Shown: positions 12,807-24,950 of the stretch, piece after piece
Layout of the letters: each line of letters opens with the position of its first letter
Numbering within the stretch: the stretch's first letter is position 1
NCBI GenBank assembly: GCA_951406725.2
Contig: OX597823.1
Span: forward strand, 23,746,001 to 23,810,000
Length of the DNA: 64,000 bases
DNA from: Octopus vulgaris
Taxonomy: Eukaryota
Reading direction: 5' to 3'
Translations under genes and position numbers: made by a program
Notes under the pieces: model-generated
What the model saw: the letters and a program-made list of their open reading frames with translations, nothing else
What the model was told of the DNA's origin: nothing
Database searches by the model: none

Positions 12807-13224
12807 ACTTACATAATTAGCATATTTAATCGTTTCATTTGCTAAGTTATCCGTGTAGACAAATACTTTTCAATGCGAGGAATAATACTGAAAGCCTGAT
12901 ACATTCACAAATATATTTCGTTGTCCTTTAAAATCTTAGATGCAGTTGATACTCACAAAGAAAATCTTTGACAGTTTTTTCCAGGTATGGGTTTATTTAT
13001 GATCTCGTATAGGGTTTGTAAAGTTATTTTTCATTTCTATATATTGTCAATAGCATTTACTGCCGTAAATTTCTTTTCGGTATGACATATTGAAATGGTG
13101 ATTGAATCCATAAGTTGGAAGGTAAACGAGTAAAGGAGAGAGTGTAAGTACAATATGCATGTACATCAACTTTATTTAGAAACTTTGACACTGCGTCGAA
13201 CGATCAGAATAAGTCCTTTTCTGC

Positions 13225-13378
13225 TACATACATACATACATACATACATACACACATACACACACACACACACACACATACATACATACATACATACATA
13301 CATACATACATACATACACACACACATACATAGATACATACACACACACATACATGCAGATATACATATACACATACA
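13225..13378. repeat. (TACA)n/(CA)n microsatellite
   Basis: Directly visible simple repeat; it explains the spurious HTYI/MYVC ORFs. Confidence 0.95.
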
Positions 13379-13424
13379 CCGAGTAAAAAATTTCTGTTAT
13401 CTCTCTTTCACACATTACTCTCTC

Positions 13425-13906
13425 GGCAATCTTTCGTCTCTAGTAGACCTTTCCGTCGATTTCCGTAAAAATTTTTCTTTTTTTACATATGGGCTTGCGG
13501 GAACAGTAGACCTTTCCGTCGATTTCCGTAAAAATTTTTTTTTTTTACATATGGGCTTGCGGGAACTTTTGAAGTAATGAGAGCGAAAGAGACTAAGAGA
13601 AAGCGATTGTATGACGAGGGAAATTCTTTAGAAGTTACCGTGCATGGGAAGCATTGATGTACATGTGTGTGTGTGTTTGATGGGGTGTGGGAGACAGACA
13701 GTATGTTGTGTAAGTGAAGTGCTTCTGTTAGTGTGTGTGTGAAGAGACAGAGTAATGTGTGAAAGAAAGAGATAACTGAAATTTTTTACTCGGTGTATGT
13801 GTATATGTATGTATATTACTTCAAAAGTTCCCGCAAGCCCATATGTAAAAAAAAAAATTTTTTTACGGAATTCGACGGAAAGGTCTACTAGAGACGAAAG
13901 ATCGCC
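13425..13906. mobile_element. MITE-like element with ~90-bp TIRs
   Basis: ggcaatctttcgtctctagtagacctttccgtcga...cttgcgggaac at the left end, partly duplicated in tandem; reverse complement at 13818-13906. Confidence 0.7.
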
Positions 13907-14589
13907 AAAACTAACCCTGATTGATGTCCAAATTCATATGAAAGAAACGATACTCCATTGTGACAAATTCGAAAAATAAACAAGCAAATCTCTCTCTGCT
14001 CTCTTTCTTTCTTTGCTCTCTCTCTCTTTCTTGACTCTTCTCTCTCTCTCTTTCTTTGCTCTCTCTCTCTCTGCTCTCTTTCTTTGCTCTCTCTCTCTCT
14101 GATAGGTCGTGTTATTCTTTGCTCCGCTGTGAAAGATTGTTTTTGTGCTGAAAATTGTGAAAATTTGCTGTTTTGGTTGTCGAGACCACTTCTTTTCTGC
14201 TGTTGTTGCAGAGTTTTGCTGTTGTTTCCCCCTTGTTTCAAGGGGGAAGCGGCGAAAAACATGAATTTGCCACCAATTTCTTCCGTGTCCGAGGAAAACT
14301 TTGAAAATTTGTTTGAAGGCATAAAGACGAATATGTGGGAGGAGAAAGGTAAAAGTATAGAGGCGTCTCACGCGCGCGTTACAAAAGCAGACGACAAGAT
14401 TTCTAGCGAGGCTAAATAAGAGGAAAAGTCAAAAATTAATTTTGCGAGTGTGAAAATATAGTCATAAACAAGGAAGATTTAAAGAAATATCAAGGACTAC
14501 TAAAAAAAGAAGGGATCTTTTCATTTTGAAGGCCAGATTTTTCTAGTTAACTAGATAATTTGAAACTTCGTATACTGGATAAGGTGATA

Positions 14590-17500
14590 ATGTGAAGTTG
14601 CTCCCTCCCAGTGAATTAATTTACGCGACGGAGAGAAAAACTGATATATAAAACATCATGTAAAAAATTAAAAAATTGACTTCGTACCGAGGGAAGCGAT
14701 AGAAAAATGCTTGAGGCCGATATGGCAAACAAACAAGCTATATGACGAGGGGTAGTCGCTTCGGCACTGTAGAGGTGCGTTTCCCTAGGGAAGAAAAAGC
14801 TAGGGAACATTCAACAATGACATTGAAGTCGGAAGAAGTAGTTCTCCTGCCGTCTTAACTTAGGAAAGAGAACTTCAAAAATCACAGTCACTGATATACA
14901 ACCCAAAATAGATGTGGCCTGGGTGATAGCTGCTATTCTCATAGGCAAAGAAGAAGAAATTTCAATTCTTCAATCTACATGAACTGGGTTGGACAAGATT
15001 TAGAGCTTGTCATCCAAGCAAACCCCTCAGACTTAGAAAAAATGCCCAGTTCCCTGACAATTGGAGAAAATACCAGCCTGATGGTGGTAGTCGAGGGGAG
15101 AAAGCCCAGATGTTACAAATGTGGCGAGAAAGGCCATATAAGGTCGTGCTGTAAGAAGACAGCCAAAGAAAATGCAGCAGAAGAAGCAAGCACGACGCCG
15201 AAGACAACGACCACACCGCTAGAAATAGCAGCCACGTCGCGCACACCAATTGCCGAAGTACAGCCGACAGCGGGAGAAAACAACAACCAGGAGTGGGTCA
15301 CTGTGGAACCTTCAAAAAGAAGACGGAAACGGAAAAACCCACCCTCTTTGGATACACAGGACTATGCTCCGAGACAGACAAGCACACCCACACTCACAAA
15401 TATAGTTACAAACACACACGTAGCCAAAAAAAACACACACACTGGAAAAAGCAAACACAAACACGCACACACCTACCACAAGCACATACACACCTACAAA
15501 CACCCACGCTTCTACAAGCACACACACACCCACAAGCACCCCCCGCTGCACAATCGCCTAATATAAAAAAAAAGAGAAACACCTTCACGGCGATAAACAA
15601 AAATAATAAACTATTAAGAGACCAAATTGTTTTAATGAAATCGGCGAAAAAATATATCACAACAGATGTAAATAGTATTATTCTTGAAAATGTCGAATTT
15701 TATACCATAGACAACACTGACTATTTCGAACTAAAAAAATCTTACCTCGCAAATGACCTCGCAAACCACAACACTCACCGACAGAAAAGAGGAGGGTAAA
15801 ACTACACCCTCTCTCCCATTAAAACAGTAAGTTTTAAACATTCGACTAATTTTTCACATTCTTGTTTAAACTCGGTTGTTTAAATATTCGCGGCCTGGGG
15901 TTGTATTGGAAGCAAGGCTACCTCCTTAATGACTTTGGGTCGCATCGTTTGGATGTAGTTGTAATTACTGAATCCAGACTGAGTGGGCTGCAGGCTTTTT
16001 CACCCCTTCTAAATGGCTACGAGAAATACATTTCTCCCTGTTGATCGGGAGGGGGCAGGGGAGTGGCAGTGCTGGTCTGAAAAAACCTGGATTTAGAGAT
16101 TAGAACTGTCTTTATAGATCCGGAAGGCAGGTTGGTCGTTTTGGATGTGACGCACAGCAATGGTAAAGTGTTCAGGCTGGTTGCTGTCTATGCTCCCTGC
16201 GAAGGAAAAGCCGGGCAGAAAGATTACTTCAAAAGCCTAGAGAATTTTCTCGGCACGTCGAACACGTTAGTATTGCTAGGTAACTTCAAATTAATTTGCG
16301 ATGCACACGTAGATTATGTTGGCTTGAGAAAGAATAGGAGGGGATTACCTCACCTCAACGATCTGCTAAGTCGTTTCGAGTTGGCAGATCGATTCAGACT
16401 GGACCACCCAGACGTTCCAGCATGGACCTGGGCAAGAAACAATGGGTCGTCCAGATCTTACATAGATAGAATCATAACTAGAAGGAAAGATAAGAAAATA
16501 CTTAGCTGTCCACAACACCATATCGTCAGCTACAGCGATCACAAATTGGTGACCTGTACACTCGACATAGATAGCATGTGGAAGCTAAACAAGTCACTAT
16601 TGGACTGTGAAGCCTACAGGAAGCAGATTAAACAATTAGTAATGAGGTTGTTAACCGGATCCATTATCAACAACAAATGGTGGCACGCACTAAAAAGAGC
16701 CATCAAATTTGAGTCAATTAGGTTTAGCAAAGAATTAGCTAGTGCTAGAAACAAAGTTGAAAAGGAACTAGTTAAGGCAATAGATGAAGCAATGAGGTCA
16801 GGCAATGCATTGAAAGTGTTAGCGGCGAGGTTGGCACTCAACCAACATCTCAAAGCTAAATATCAAGGGTGCATTGTCAGGGCTAAGATCTGTGCAATGA
16901 GACAGGAAGGGATCAACGCAGCCGGATGGGCCTGGGTGGTAGAGTGCCAGCGTGGCAACAACTCAACCATTCGATCTTTGACAGACCCAAATGTTTGATC
17001 AGTAAACGAACCTGTGGAGATGTGCAAGGTGTTTCACGATCATTTCGCCCAGCTATTTGAGAGGAGCGGCGGACTGGAGTGCGGGGAGAAGCTCGCAGAC
17101 TTCCTAGCTGGTTCGCCGTGTCTATCGAGGCCGGATGCGGAATCTTGTGAGGCGTCGATCACAGCCAAGGAAGTTGAGGATGTGTTGGCAGACTGCGGCT
17201 GGGACTCAATGGTCTGCCTTACGAACTCTATAGTAGCACGCCAGACTTGTTTGGGCGCCTACTTGCATGCATGTACACCAACTGGCAGCAGAACGGGAGA
17301 ATTCCTAAGTCTGTGAGCCGAGGGGTGGTAGCGCTGTTAAGAAAGGAACCAAACAAGGGGGATTTAATTGATAATTTTTGGCCCATCACTCTGCTTAATG
17401 CAGAGTTGAAGATCTTGGCCAAGGTCTTAGCAAAAAGGTTGGCGTGGGTCGTGGGTGAACTTGTTGGCGAGGCGCAAACTTGCGCCATCCCTGGAACTAC

Positions 17501-18945
17501 CATCCATGATCTCAACTTTTTACGCTATACCTTAGAAAGGGTAAATAGGATTCCTGGCAAGGGTGGGGCTATGGTCGACTTGGACCAATCGAGAGCGTTC
17601 GATAGGGTGGACCATCAGTATCTGGTGGTGGTCCTTGTGGCAGCTGGCTTCGGCCCGACCTTCCGTGGATGGATCAACGCTTTATACAGCAACATCGAAT
17701 TGGTAGTTCAGGTGAACGGTTCCTTTTCGGAGCTGTTCCACATTGAACGTTCAGTACGTCATGAGTGCCCTCTCTCCCCGCTTCTCTACGTTTTGGCCCT
17801 TGAGCCATTGCTGAGGAGGTTGGAAACTATGAGGGGCACTCCACAAGATCTAGGGTGCGGAAAGTCAGCTTCAGCGTATGCAGATGACATCACCGTCATT
17901 GTATCCCGAGTCGAGCACCTACAGTGGGTGGGTGAGGCCTTAAGGGATTATGAAGCAGTGGCAGGAGTGAGAGTCAACCGGGATAAATTGGTTGGCTTGC
18001 AACTCGGCACCTGGAGGGGCAAGTCGATGTCTTCCGACAGTGTTATAGGACGTTGGACAGAAGGGCCGGTGAAAATGCTTGGAATCTGGTTAGGTCCAGA
18101 TCTCCAGATAAAGAAGAACTTGAGCGAGGTGGCGAGAAATGTGGCTCTCCTAACACAGACCTGGTCTGAGTGGAAGCTGTCCTTGAAAGGGAGGGCGGAG
18201 GTTGCAGAGGTGTTTATCGCCTCTGTAATCACTTACCGCCTGACTGTCGTGCCTTGCCCCGATTCATGGCTGAACAAGCTGGAATACATGCTCTTTCGCT
18301 TTTTGTGGAGGGGCAGCAGACCTCTTGTAAGGCACTCTATTTGCTGCCAAAAGCTGCTTAAGGGTGAGTTAGGGATGCTGTAGCTAAAAATGCGCAGACA
18401 TGCACTCAGGCTTAGGCACCTCTGGCTTTACCTGGACAGTGAGCAGGTATGGTCTCCATTCGTCAAGCTGTTATTTCCACAGTTCACATCGTTTAGCAAA
18501 CTGAACCCATGGATCAAATGTAGACTGAGGTTGGGCGTGTGGCATGTAGAGTGCCGTCAGACACTTGTGCTTCTCTCCCAGTCGGGCAATGCTGGTGGCG
18601 GAGGTACTACCTCATTCTTCTATAGAGGGTTAGTAGAGTTTAAGTGTGACGACATCCTGGGAGAAACCCTAGGCTTCAACGAAGATCAACTGGCCAGCCT
18701 GTTCAAAAGAACATTCAGTCCGGGACCTATGGATAATTACCAAAAGTCCCTGGCCTGGTAATGTTACAGAGGAGCTTTACCGGTTCGAGATAAGTTCTTT
18801 AGACATGGGTGTGCACCTTCGCCGGTTTGTGCAAGATGTGAGAGGGACAGTGAAACTGTTCTGCATGCGATTGTGCAATGCCCCAAGGTGACTGAACTCT
18901 GGGCTTATGTCGAACACCTGCTGTTGCATTTGAGAAGAGTACAGG
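14590..18945 (+). mobile_element. Decayed Tx1/L1-like LINE (ORF1 zinc knuckle; ORF2 APE endonuclease + RT + C-terminal zinc finger)
   Basis: ORF1 remnant VVVEGRKPRCYKCGEKGHIRSCC (CCHC). ORF2 pieces: LNIRGL/VITESR, VAVYAP, SRSYIDRI, SDHKLV (APE); WPITLLNAELKILAK, DQSRAFDRVDH, CPLSPLLYVLALEPL, AYADDITV (RT); C..C....ETVLHAIVQCP. Multiple stops and frameshifts; the 3' end appears truncated. Confidence 0.9.
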
Positions 18946-19151
18946 AGTGTGACGAAAGAACTCTGGGCGAAATAAGATTAAGATTAATGAAAAAAAAAAA
19001 ATAACGCTGAAGCAAAGTAACACCAAATATATAGTGCATGTGTTTTTATTGGCTAAAATGGCAAAATGACCATTCCTAAGTACAACAATATCTGTTTCAA
19101 CACATGATTTCACATCGAAAATCTTGCAAAACAAATACATAAACGAATATA

Positions 19152-19197
<46 letters not shown>

Positions 19198-19203
<6 letters not shown>

Positions 19204-19379
19204 ATGTTACATTACTCGGTAGTCAAGATAAAACTCTGGGTTTCAGATGCCGAAGTGGAAATCCACAACACCATCTCTTCGGTTAGCCAGATAACCGAAG
19301 AGATAGTGTTGTGGATTTCCACTTCGGCATCTGAAACTCAGAGTTTTATCTTGACTACCGAGTAATGTAACATATTGTA
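19198..19379. repeat. Near-perfect 180-bp palindrome made of two hammerhead-like units
   Basis: tacaatatgttacattactcggtag...tcttcggtta / taaccgaaga...ctaccgagtaatgtaacatattgta, with about 2 mismatches; adjacent to (TA)n. Confidence 0.85.
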
Positions 19380-19447
19380 TAGATAAATTTCCTCTATTTA
19401 CATAATATTGAGGTATCTTTCTTTCTTTTGTTATCTTACCGTTTTAT

Positions 19448-19472
<25 letters not shown>

Positions 19473-19480
<8 letters not shown>

Positions 19481-19589
19481 CAGTGTACATTTAAACACAT
19501 AAGAGGTATCGGTCATAGGGTTCCTTCTAGCATGCCAGGAATCCTATAGTGGTTACCTCTTATGTGTTTAAATGTACACTGTATTTATA
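19473..19589. repeat. Inverted repeat (36-bp arms)
   Basis: tataaatacagtgtacatttaaacacataagaggta ... tacctcttatgtgtttaaatgtacactgtatttata. Confidence 0.85.
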
Positions 19590-19675
19590 TGAATAATATA
19601 TAGTCTATTGTATAATTTTTCTAAACGCTAGCCCCTAGTATTAAAATTTCTCAAATTTTTATTACCCTGGTTTTA

Positions 19676-19736
<61 letters not shown>

Positions 19737-20050
19737 TATCCATATATATACATATATATATATATTTAACAAAGTAAATTTTTAAGGTTTGAAAATGCAA
19801 TTTTAAAGATGTTTATTCGCTTGAGTGCTTTCACTTTTTTTGAAAAAGATTGTCAAAAGTAAAATGTTAAGCTCTGTATGATCTTTGTTGTATTAAGTAC
19901 TGGTTATCACAAAAGTATTAAAATACAGAAATACATTCTTTGACAATAATAAGAAAATGTTAAAAACAGTTTACAAGAAAGTTTTTGAAAAAGTAATCAG
20001 AACGGGACTCCAAAAAGTAGAGTTCAATAAAAATCATATTTCTTTGGTAG

Positions 20051-20094
<44 letters not shown>

Positions 20095-20221
20095 GAAGGA
20101 GATATATTTAAAAATTTAAATATATATATATATGTATGTGTGTGTGTGTGTGTAAATATATGCATATATATATTTACATTTTTAAAAATATCTCCTTCTG
20201 TGTATATATATATATATACAT

Positions 20222-20900
20222 AGCTGGAGACTTTCTTGCTCTTCATATCCTTCATACCTTTATCTACCCTGCTACTGTCTATTGAGATTGTTGGTCCCTC
20301 TGTCAGATCCACTTCAGGCAGGCACACCTTCTCCCATTCATTCTCTACATCTAGTAGTGTTTCATAGTGACATTTCCTAGCCTCTTCCTTTCCAGAGTTA
20401 CTAACTACAAGTGATGCATCATCCATATGAAAACACTTCTCTCCCTTGATATCACAATGTTCCCTGGGACACTGTCTTGCAAGCCAAAACACTTCAAGCC
20501 TCTGGTCCTCATGCTGTAAGACATTGGCAAACTTCTCCCTTTCTGCTTCACTCCTAGCTAAGTATACCTGCTTCCTAGCTTCCCTTCTAGCTGCCTGATG
20601 TAACTCCTTTCCAGTTCTTCCAGTCCTGTTTCTTTGTTGTAATGGCTTTGAAACCATCTTGTTTCAGTACCGTGTCACCTTAGGCCTGGCTGGGGTTTGC
20701 ACCAACCACAAATTTGGTCTGCAGCACTTGGCAAGTTGTCTTGTGGGAAATTCTATGTTACAAGTCTTTAACTCCTTGTCGTTGTCGTCGTCCTCCTCCT
20801 CCTCCCAACATATACTTCATATAGGATGTCTCTAAATCTCTAACTAATCAAAGAATCCTTAAGTTCCCAAGGATCCTTAAGCTTCCAGGATCCTTATACT
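20222..20900 (-). mobile_element. Internal RTE LINE fragment
   Basis: Translation ELHQAARREARKQVYLARSEAEREKFANVL...DQRLEVF matches the linker region of ORF 28063-29370. Confidence 0.85.
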
Positions 20901-21589
20901 CTTTTCAGTAACACCACATTGAATCTTACTATACCATCTTCAACTTTTTTTTGAAATCTTAATGCTAAATAAGGAAACACTACTACTACTACTAATACTA
21001 CTTTCTATACTAAAAGTATTAGATGAATACATTGAAGTATAGTGTATCTGAAATTTTAAATAAAATATTAGAAAGCTTTCCGGGCCAATATTTTTCCTGT
21101 GAACAGTTTATTATAAAATCAAACCCATCCAGAAAACAGTTTTTAGCATAAGCCATCCTTCTCAAAATCCATGTAAATTCTGGTATAATATGAGTCATAT
21201 TTTGAACTTCACGTTTATGATTCAGTTACAGATAATACATTTGTACATCCCTCTTCTGACAGTGTGCTTTTGTTTATGATTTAATGGCCATAACAACACT
21301 TATTCATCAACGGTCTACCGAATATCACTTTGACCCTATGAAAATACATCATTCGAAGTGAGGTTATATAAATGTGTTATTTGAAACTTAAATTTTGAAA
21401 TGCATTTACAAATGATCTCAAGATGTGCTACAGTTCACATGAATCTTTTCAAGTTGTCCTTTTGTGGACCAATTATTTGTTTATAATAAATTGTGTATTC
21501 AAAACAAATTTTTCACCAGATGTTTTATAATATTGAACATGTGGGTTTAAGAATGTATTTCTTGTCTTTTTTCTTTTATATTTCTCCAG

Positions 21590-21823
21590 CAAATGATGAA
21601 ATTATTAAATTTAAAAATACTATGATACCAGGAGAGGATACTTTTGAACGGGTGAATAATGTGAGCTTAAAGAAGTGTGCTCAAGCTTGTAATCAAAATC
21701 CAAAATGTAATTCCTATGAGTACCATGAAAAACACAAGTTCTGTGATCAAAGTAATGTGACTCACTTGTCTCATGAACTTCAACCCAGCAAATGGGGTTG
21801 GGATGTTTACATCATTAACCCAG
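21590..21823 (+). CDS. Internal exon B1: PAN/Apple domain type B
   Basis: Polypyrimidine tract plus ctccag acceptor (ag 21588-21589), donor gtcagt at 21824; phase 1-1, 234 nt. Encodes NDEIIKFKNTMIPGEDTFERVNNVSLKKCAQACNQNPKCNSYEYHEKHKFCDQSNVTHLSHELQPSKWGWDVYIINP. Paralogous to 39116 and 58773. Confidence 0.88.
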
Positions 21824-22580
21824 GTCAGTGGTGTTTGCATTTCATTTTTTGTGTGTGCTTGCATGTCAGTGTGTTTGCATTTATTGTCATATGTGTATGT
21901 ATATATGTATCTGTCTGAATGTCAGTCTTTCTGTCTATCTATCTATCTATCTATCTATCGCTGTCTGTCTGTACCTCTGAATTTACTGATTCTACTTTCA
22001 TGGATTTCTCTGGATTTTTTTTTATGTTAATCACTCCAATTTACTACAACTTTTGAACTTTTATACTCCATACATTAATACTTTGCCATACTCACTCCTC
22101 TTAATTTTAATTTTTTTCTTCTCTTCTCCCTTGTTTCTCTTTTTCATTTTTTCTTTTTAACTGTTTCCTTCTTTTTCTCTCCTTTTTTCCTCATTTTTCC
22201 ACCATGCCTAATTACAAATCCTTCCGCTTACACCTTCATCACCGCAGAAAGAAACACCTTTCCATGCTTCCTTTCCACTGCTTTCTACCTTCTATTAATC
22301 TTTCCCTAGTGGTTTTCAAGAAAAAACACTCTTCTGTAGTCATGCTTCCTTTCTCAGATGCTGCCAAAGGTTTCCGCCTCCATTTCCTCCTGACTTATCA
22401 TTCTGCCTCTGCCATCCTACGCTTACACTGCATCACTTCCTACTGCCTTATGTGTGCCACCACAAATTGATGATTTCAATGTGCAGTGAGGTTACGGAAT
22501 TTGAGCAATGGCACATTTGCGCTCAATTGAAGATTTTGTTGGGTCAATCATGATTAATAGATGACCTATATGTATATGTA

Positions 22581-22629
<49 letters not shown>

Positions 22630-22633
<4 letters not shown>

Positions 22634-23340
22634 AAAGATGCATACAAAGACGTCTTCAGCATAAACACATACTCACACTCGCATCATCCTCATCAATACA
22701 ATCATGAAGAAGCCCTTAGAAGTTTACACAAGCATGGTTGGACCTTTAAGAGATATAATGATTCTAGACACCCAACATTCCAGCAACACTTGAGTTTCAT
22801 ATAACATATAGAACAGCATAACCTAAGCATAAGAACAATTAATAACCATCATAAATAAAACAGAAATACCTTACACAGTGTACAATACAAATAATGAGCA
22901 GACCAATGAAAAAGATGAGTATAAACAAAGAAGAACCCTTCAATACAAGCACTACACTCTAAATCAAAAATAATACACAACCATTAAAATGAAGAAAAAG
23001 ACTTACAAAAACAACAGTCTTGAGCTTAAGATCAAGCCCTATCTTTCAAGTGACTGGGGTAAAATTGAAATCAACAGCATATACCTATAAATACCAACAC
23101 TAGCATATTCCACAGAAGATGAACTAAGAAAAATATATTTCAGTAATTTCAATTCTAGATTGACCAAATGATTGGACCCTAATGAAGCTGCACTGACTAT
23201 ATTGCATGGTTGCATTCACAACAGTGAGCAGTCATTGCAGTGGAAACACATGTAGATCATTATAGTAGTCGCTGCAGCAAAAACAAGTTTAAGTCATTAT
23301 ATATGCCATATATCACTATAAATCTTCTAGCTGTAGAAGT
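22630..23340 (+). mobile_element. Decayed Penelope-like 3' region with a degenerate hammerhead
   Basis: A-rich coding-like remnant between two (TA)n tracts, ending with an HHR-like motif at 23175-23258. Confidence 0.4.
23175..23258 (+). ncRNA. Degenerate type I hammerhead ribozyme
   Basis: gacc-CTAATGA-aGCTGCAcTGACT...AGTCAtTGCAGTg-GAAA-CACATG-TA-gatc. Core G5 is mutated; stem III is plausibly CACGTG after CpG decay. Confidence 0.5.
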
Positions 23341-23792
23341 CTCCAAACTCTTTATTACTATTAAAATATATATATATATATATTATTTCAACAATTGAGG
23401 GTAAAATTAATTAATTATTAATCAATTTCACCAAGTGTTCAGTATGCAAAGGGACCATTTAAGGCGAATTCAAATTATTACATTATATAAAAGGGCTTAG
23501 TAAAATAAATTACTTTGCCGCATACTGAACTCATTAGAAATAGCAGCTAAAAAACTTTTTAAAACTATTTCTAATACTTAAAGAAAACCTCTCTGATAAA
23601 GTGTTTGCTCAACTCAACTCACGAAAGTTTGGGGGTAAAGACATAAAAAATCAAATGCAAAGGTTATTTGAGAACGTACGTTTCAAGATTAGTCAACACG
23701 ACACTTCTATCATCAGCTCAGAAACTCCTTGGTTTGGATTTGAAAACACTGAAAGTGAGAGCATACCCTTTCGGCTTCTCATCGCTTTGCAT

Positions 23793-24197
23793 TAATTATC
23801 TTCTTTCTCATTGATATCCAAAGAGATATTCACATCAACAGGACAGCTAACCTCTCTGATAGTACATGCTTTTTCTCATCTGTCCCAAACAATATCCAGC
23901 CTGTTATACTTATACTTGACAGATGTTTTCATGAGAATATTCCACTAGTATTCCTTGTGCTGATACTTGTGAACTGTACATATATATATATATATTTATA
24001 TATATATATATATATATATATGTACAGTTCACAAGTATCAGCACAAGGAATACTAGTGGAATATTCTCATGAAAACATAAGTATAACAGGCTGGATATTG
24101 TTTGGGACAGATGAGAAAAAGCATGTACCATCAGAGAGGTTAGCTGTCCTGTTGATGTGAATATCTCTTTGGATATCAATGAGAAAGAAGATAATTA
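23793..24197. repeat. ~400-bp near-perfect palindrome centred on (TA)n
   Basis: By eye the arms differ by one substitution and an 11-nt indel (acttgacagat); the spacer is a TA microsatellite at ~23980-24020. Confidence 0.9.
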
Positions 24198-24779
24198 TGG
24201 ACAACTGCTTCAAAACCTCCAGCCTCTATATCCAGATCAGAAATTTACATTTATACCAATAAGAATTGGATTAACTGAGTTTGTAAGTAAATGCCTGTCA
24301 GCCGGGAAAGCTTAGATTTTCAGAAAAAGAAATTAACCAACACACTCACACATTATAAATTCAGTCTGTTACTAGAACAGGAAAACTATGCAAGACTTTA
24401 GGGATATTGTTTACAGTATCTACATTTCAATACTGGATCTTTGTATCTTTATCTGAAAACAACTCCTATTGCAGAAGAAGAATTTAAAGGATTAAAAATG
24501 GAAGAGAAACAAACACATGCATGCATACATCTATTGATCGATCCATCCACGTACGCATGCAAGCACATACACACATACATACATACATACATACATACAA
24601 ACAAAAAGAAAATACCTATTTGCCTGCTTGCATGCTGTTATGTATATTTTTATATTCCAGTGCAGAATTCTCAGTTTGATTCACTTGTTATCTTTACTGT
24701 AATGTTATTTAATTCCTTATTCTCATTTACCTCTGAACATACAAGCAGCATTAATGTAAATTTCTCTTTCCAATTCCAG

Positions 24780-24950
24780 ATTATTCACAAATTGAGTGTG
24801 GACCTCCAAAAGAAATTGTTGGTTCAGTGAAGTCCTATAATTCCACCATGTATAAATCTGAAGTCACCTATACTTGCCCAAAAGGAGAAAAAATGAAGTC
24901 AATGTGTGAAAAGAACAATGAGTGGACTCCAGTCGTATCTTCTTGTTATG
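24780..24950 (+). CDS. Internal exon C1: short Sushi/CCP/SCR domain
   Basis: Acceptor ttccag (ag 24778-24779), donor gtaata at 24951; phase 1-1, 171 nt. Encodes YSQIECGPPKEIVGSVKSYNSTMYKSEVTYTCPKGEKMKSMCEKNNEWTPVVSSCY, with the CCP pattern CGPP...YTC...C....W......C. Paralogous to 54094. Confidence 0.85.

Noticed and set aside
13888-14419. Overlapping 111-145 aa ORFs rich in RE/KR
   Set aside because: Driven by a (TC)n/(TTTC)n tract; no domain or splice support.
18990-19001. Poly(A) run as the tail of the Tx1-like LINE
   Set aside because: ORF2 similarity stops near 18945, before the C-terminal segment present in the 51-kb copy, and no TSD was found, so the run cannot be assigned to the element.
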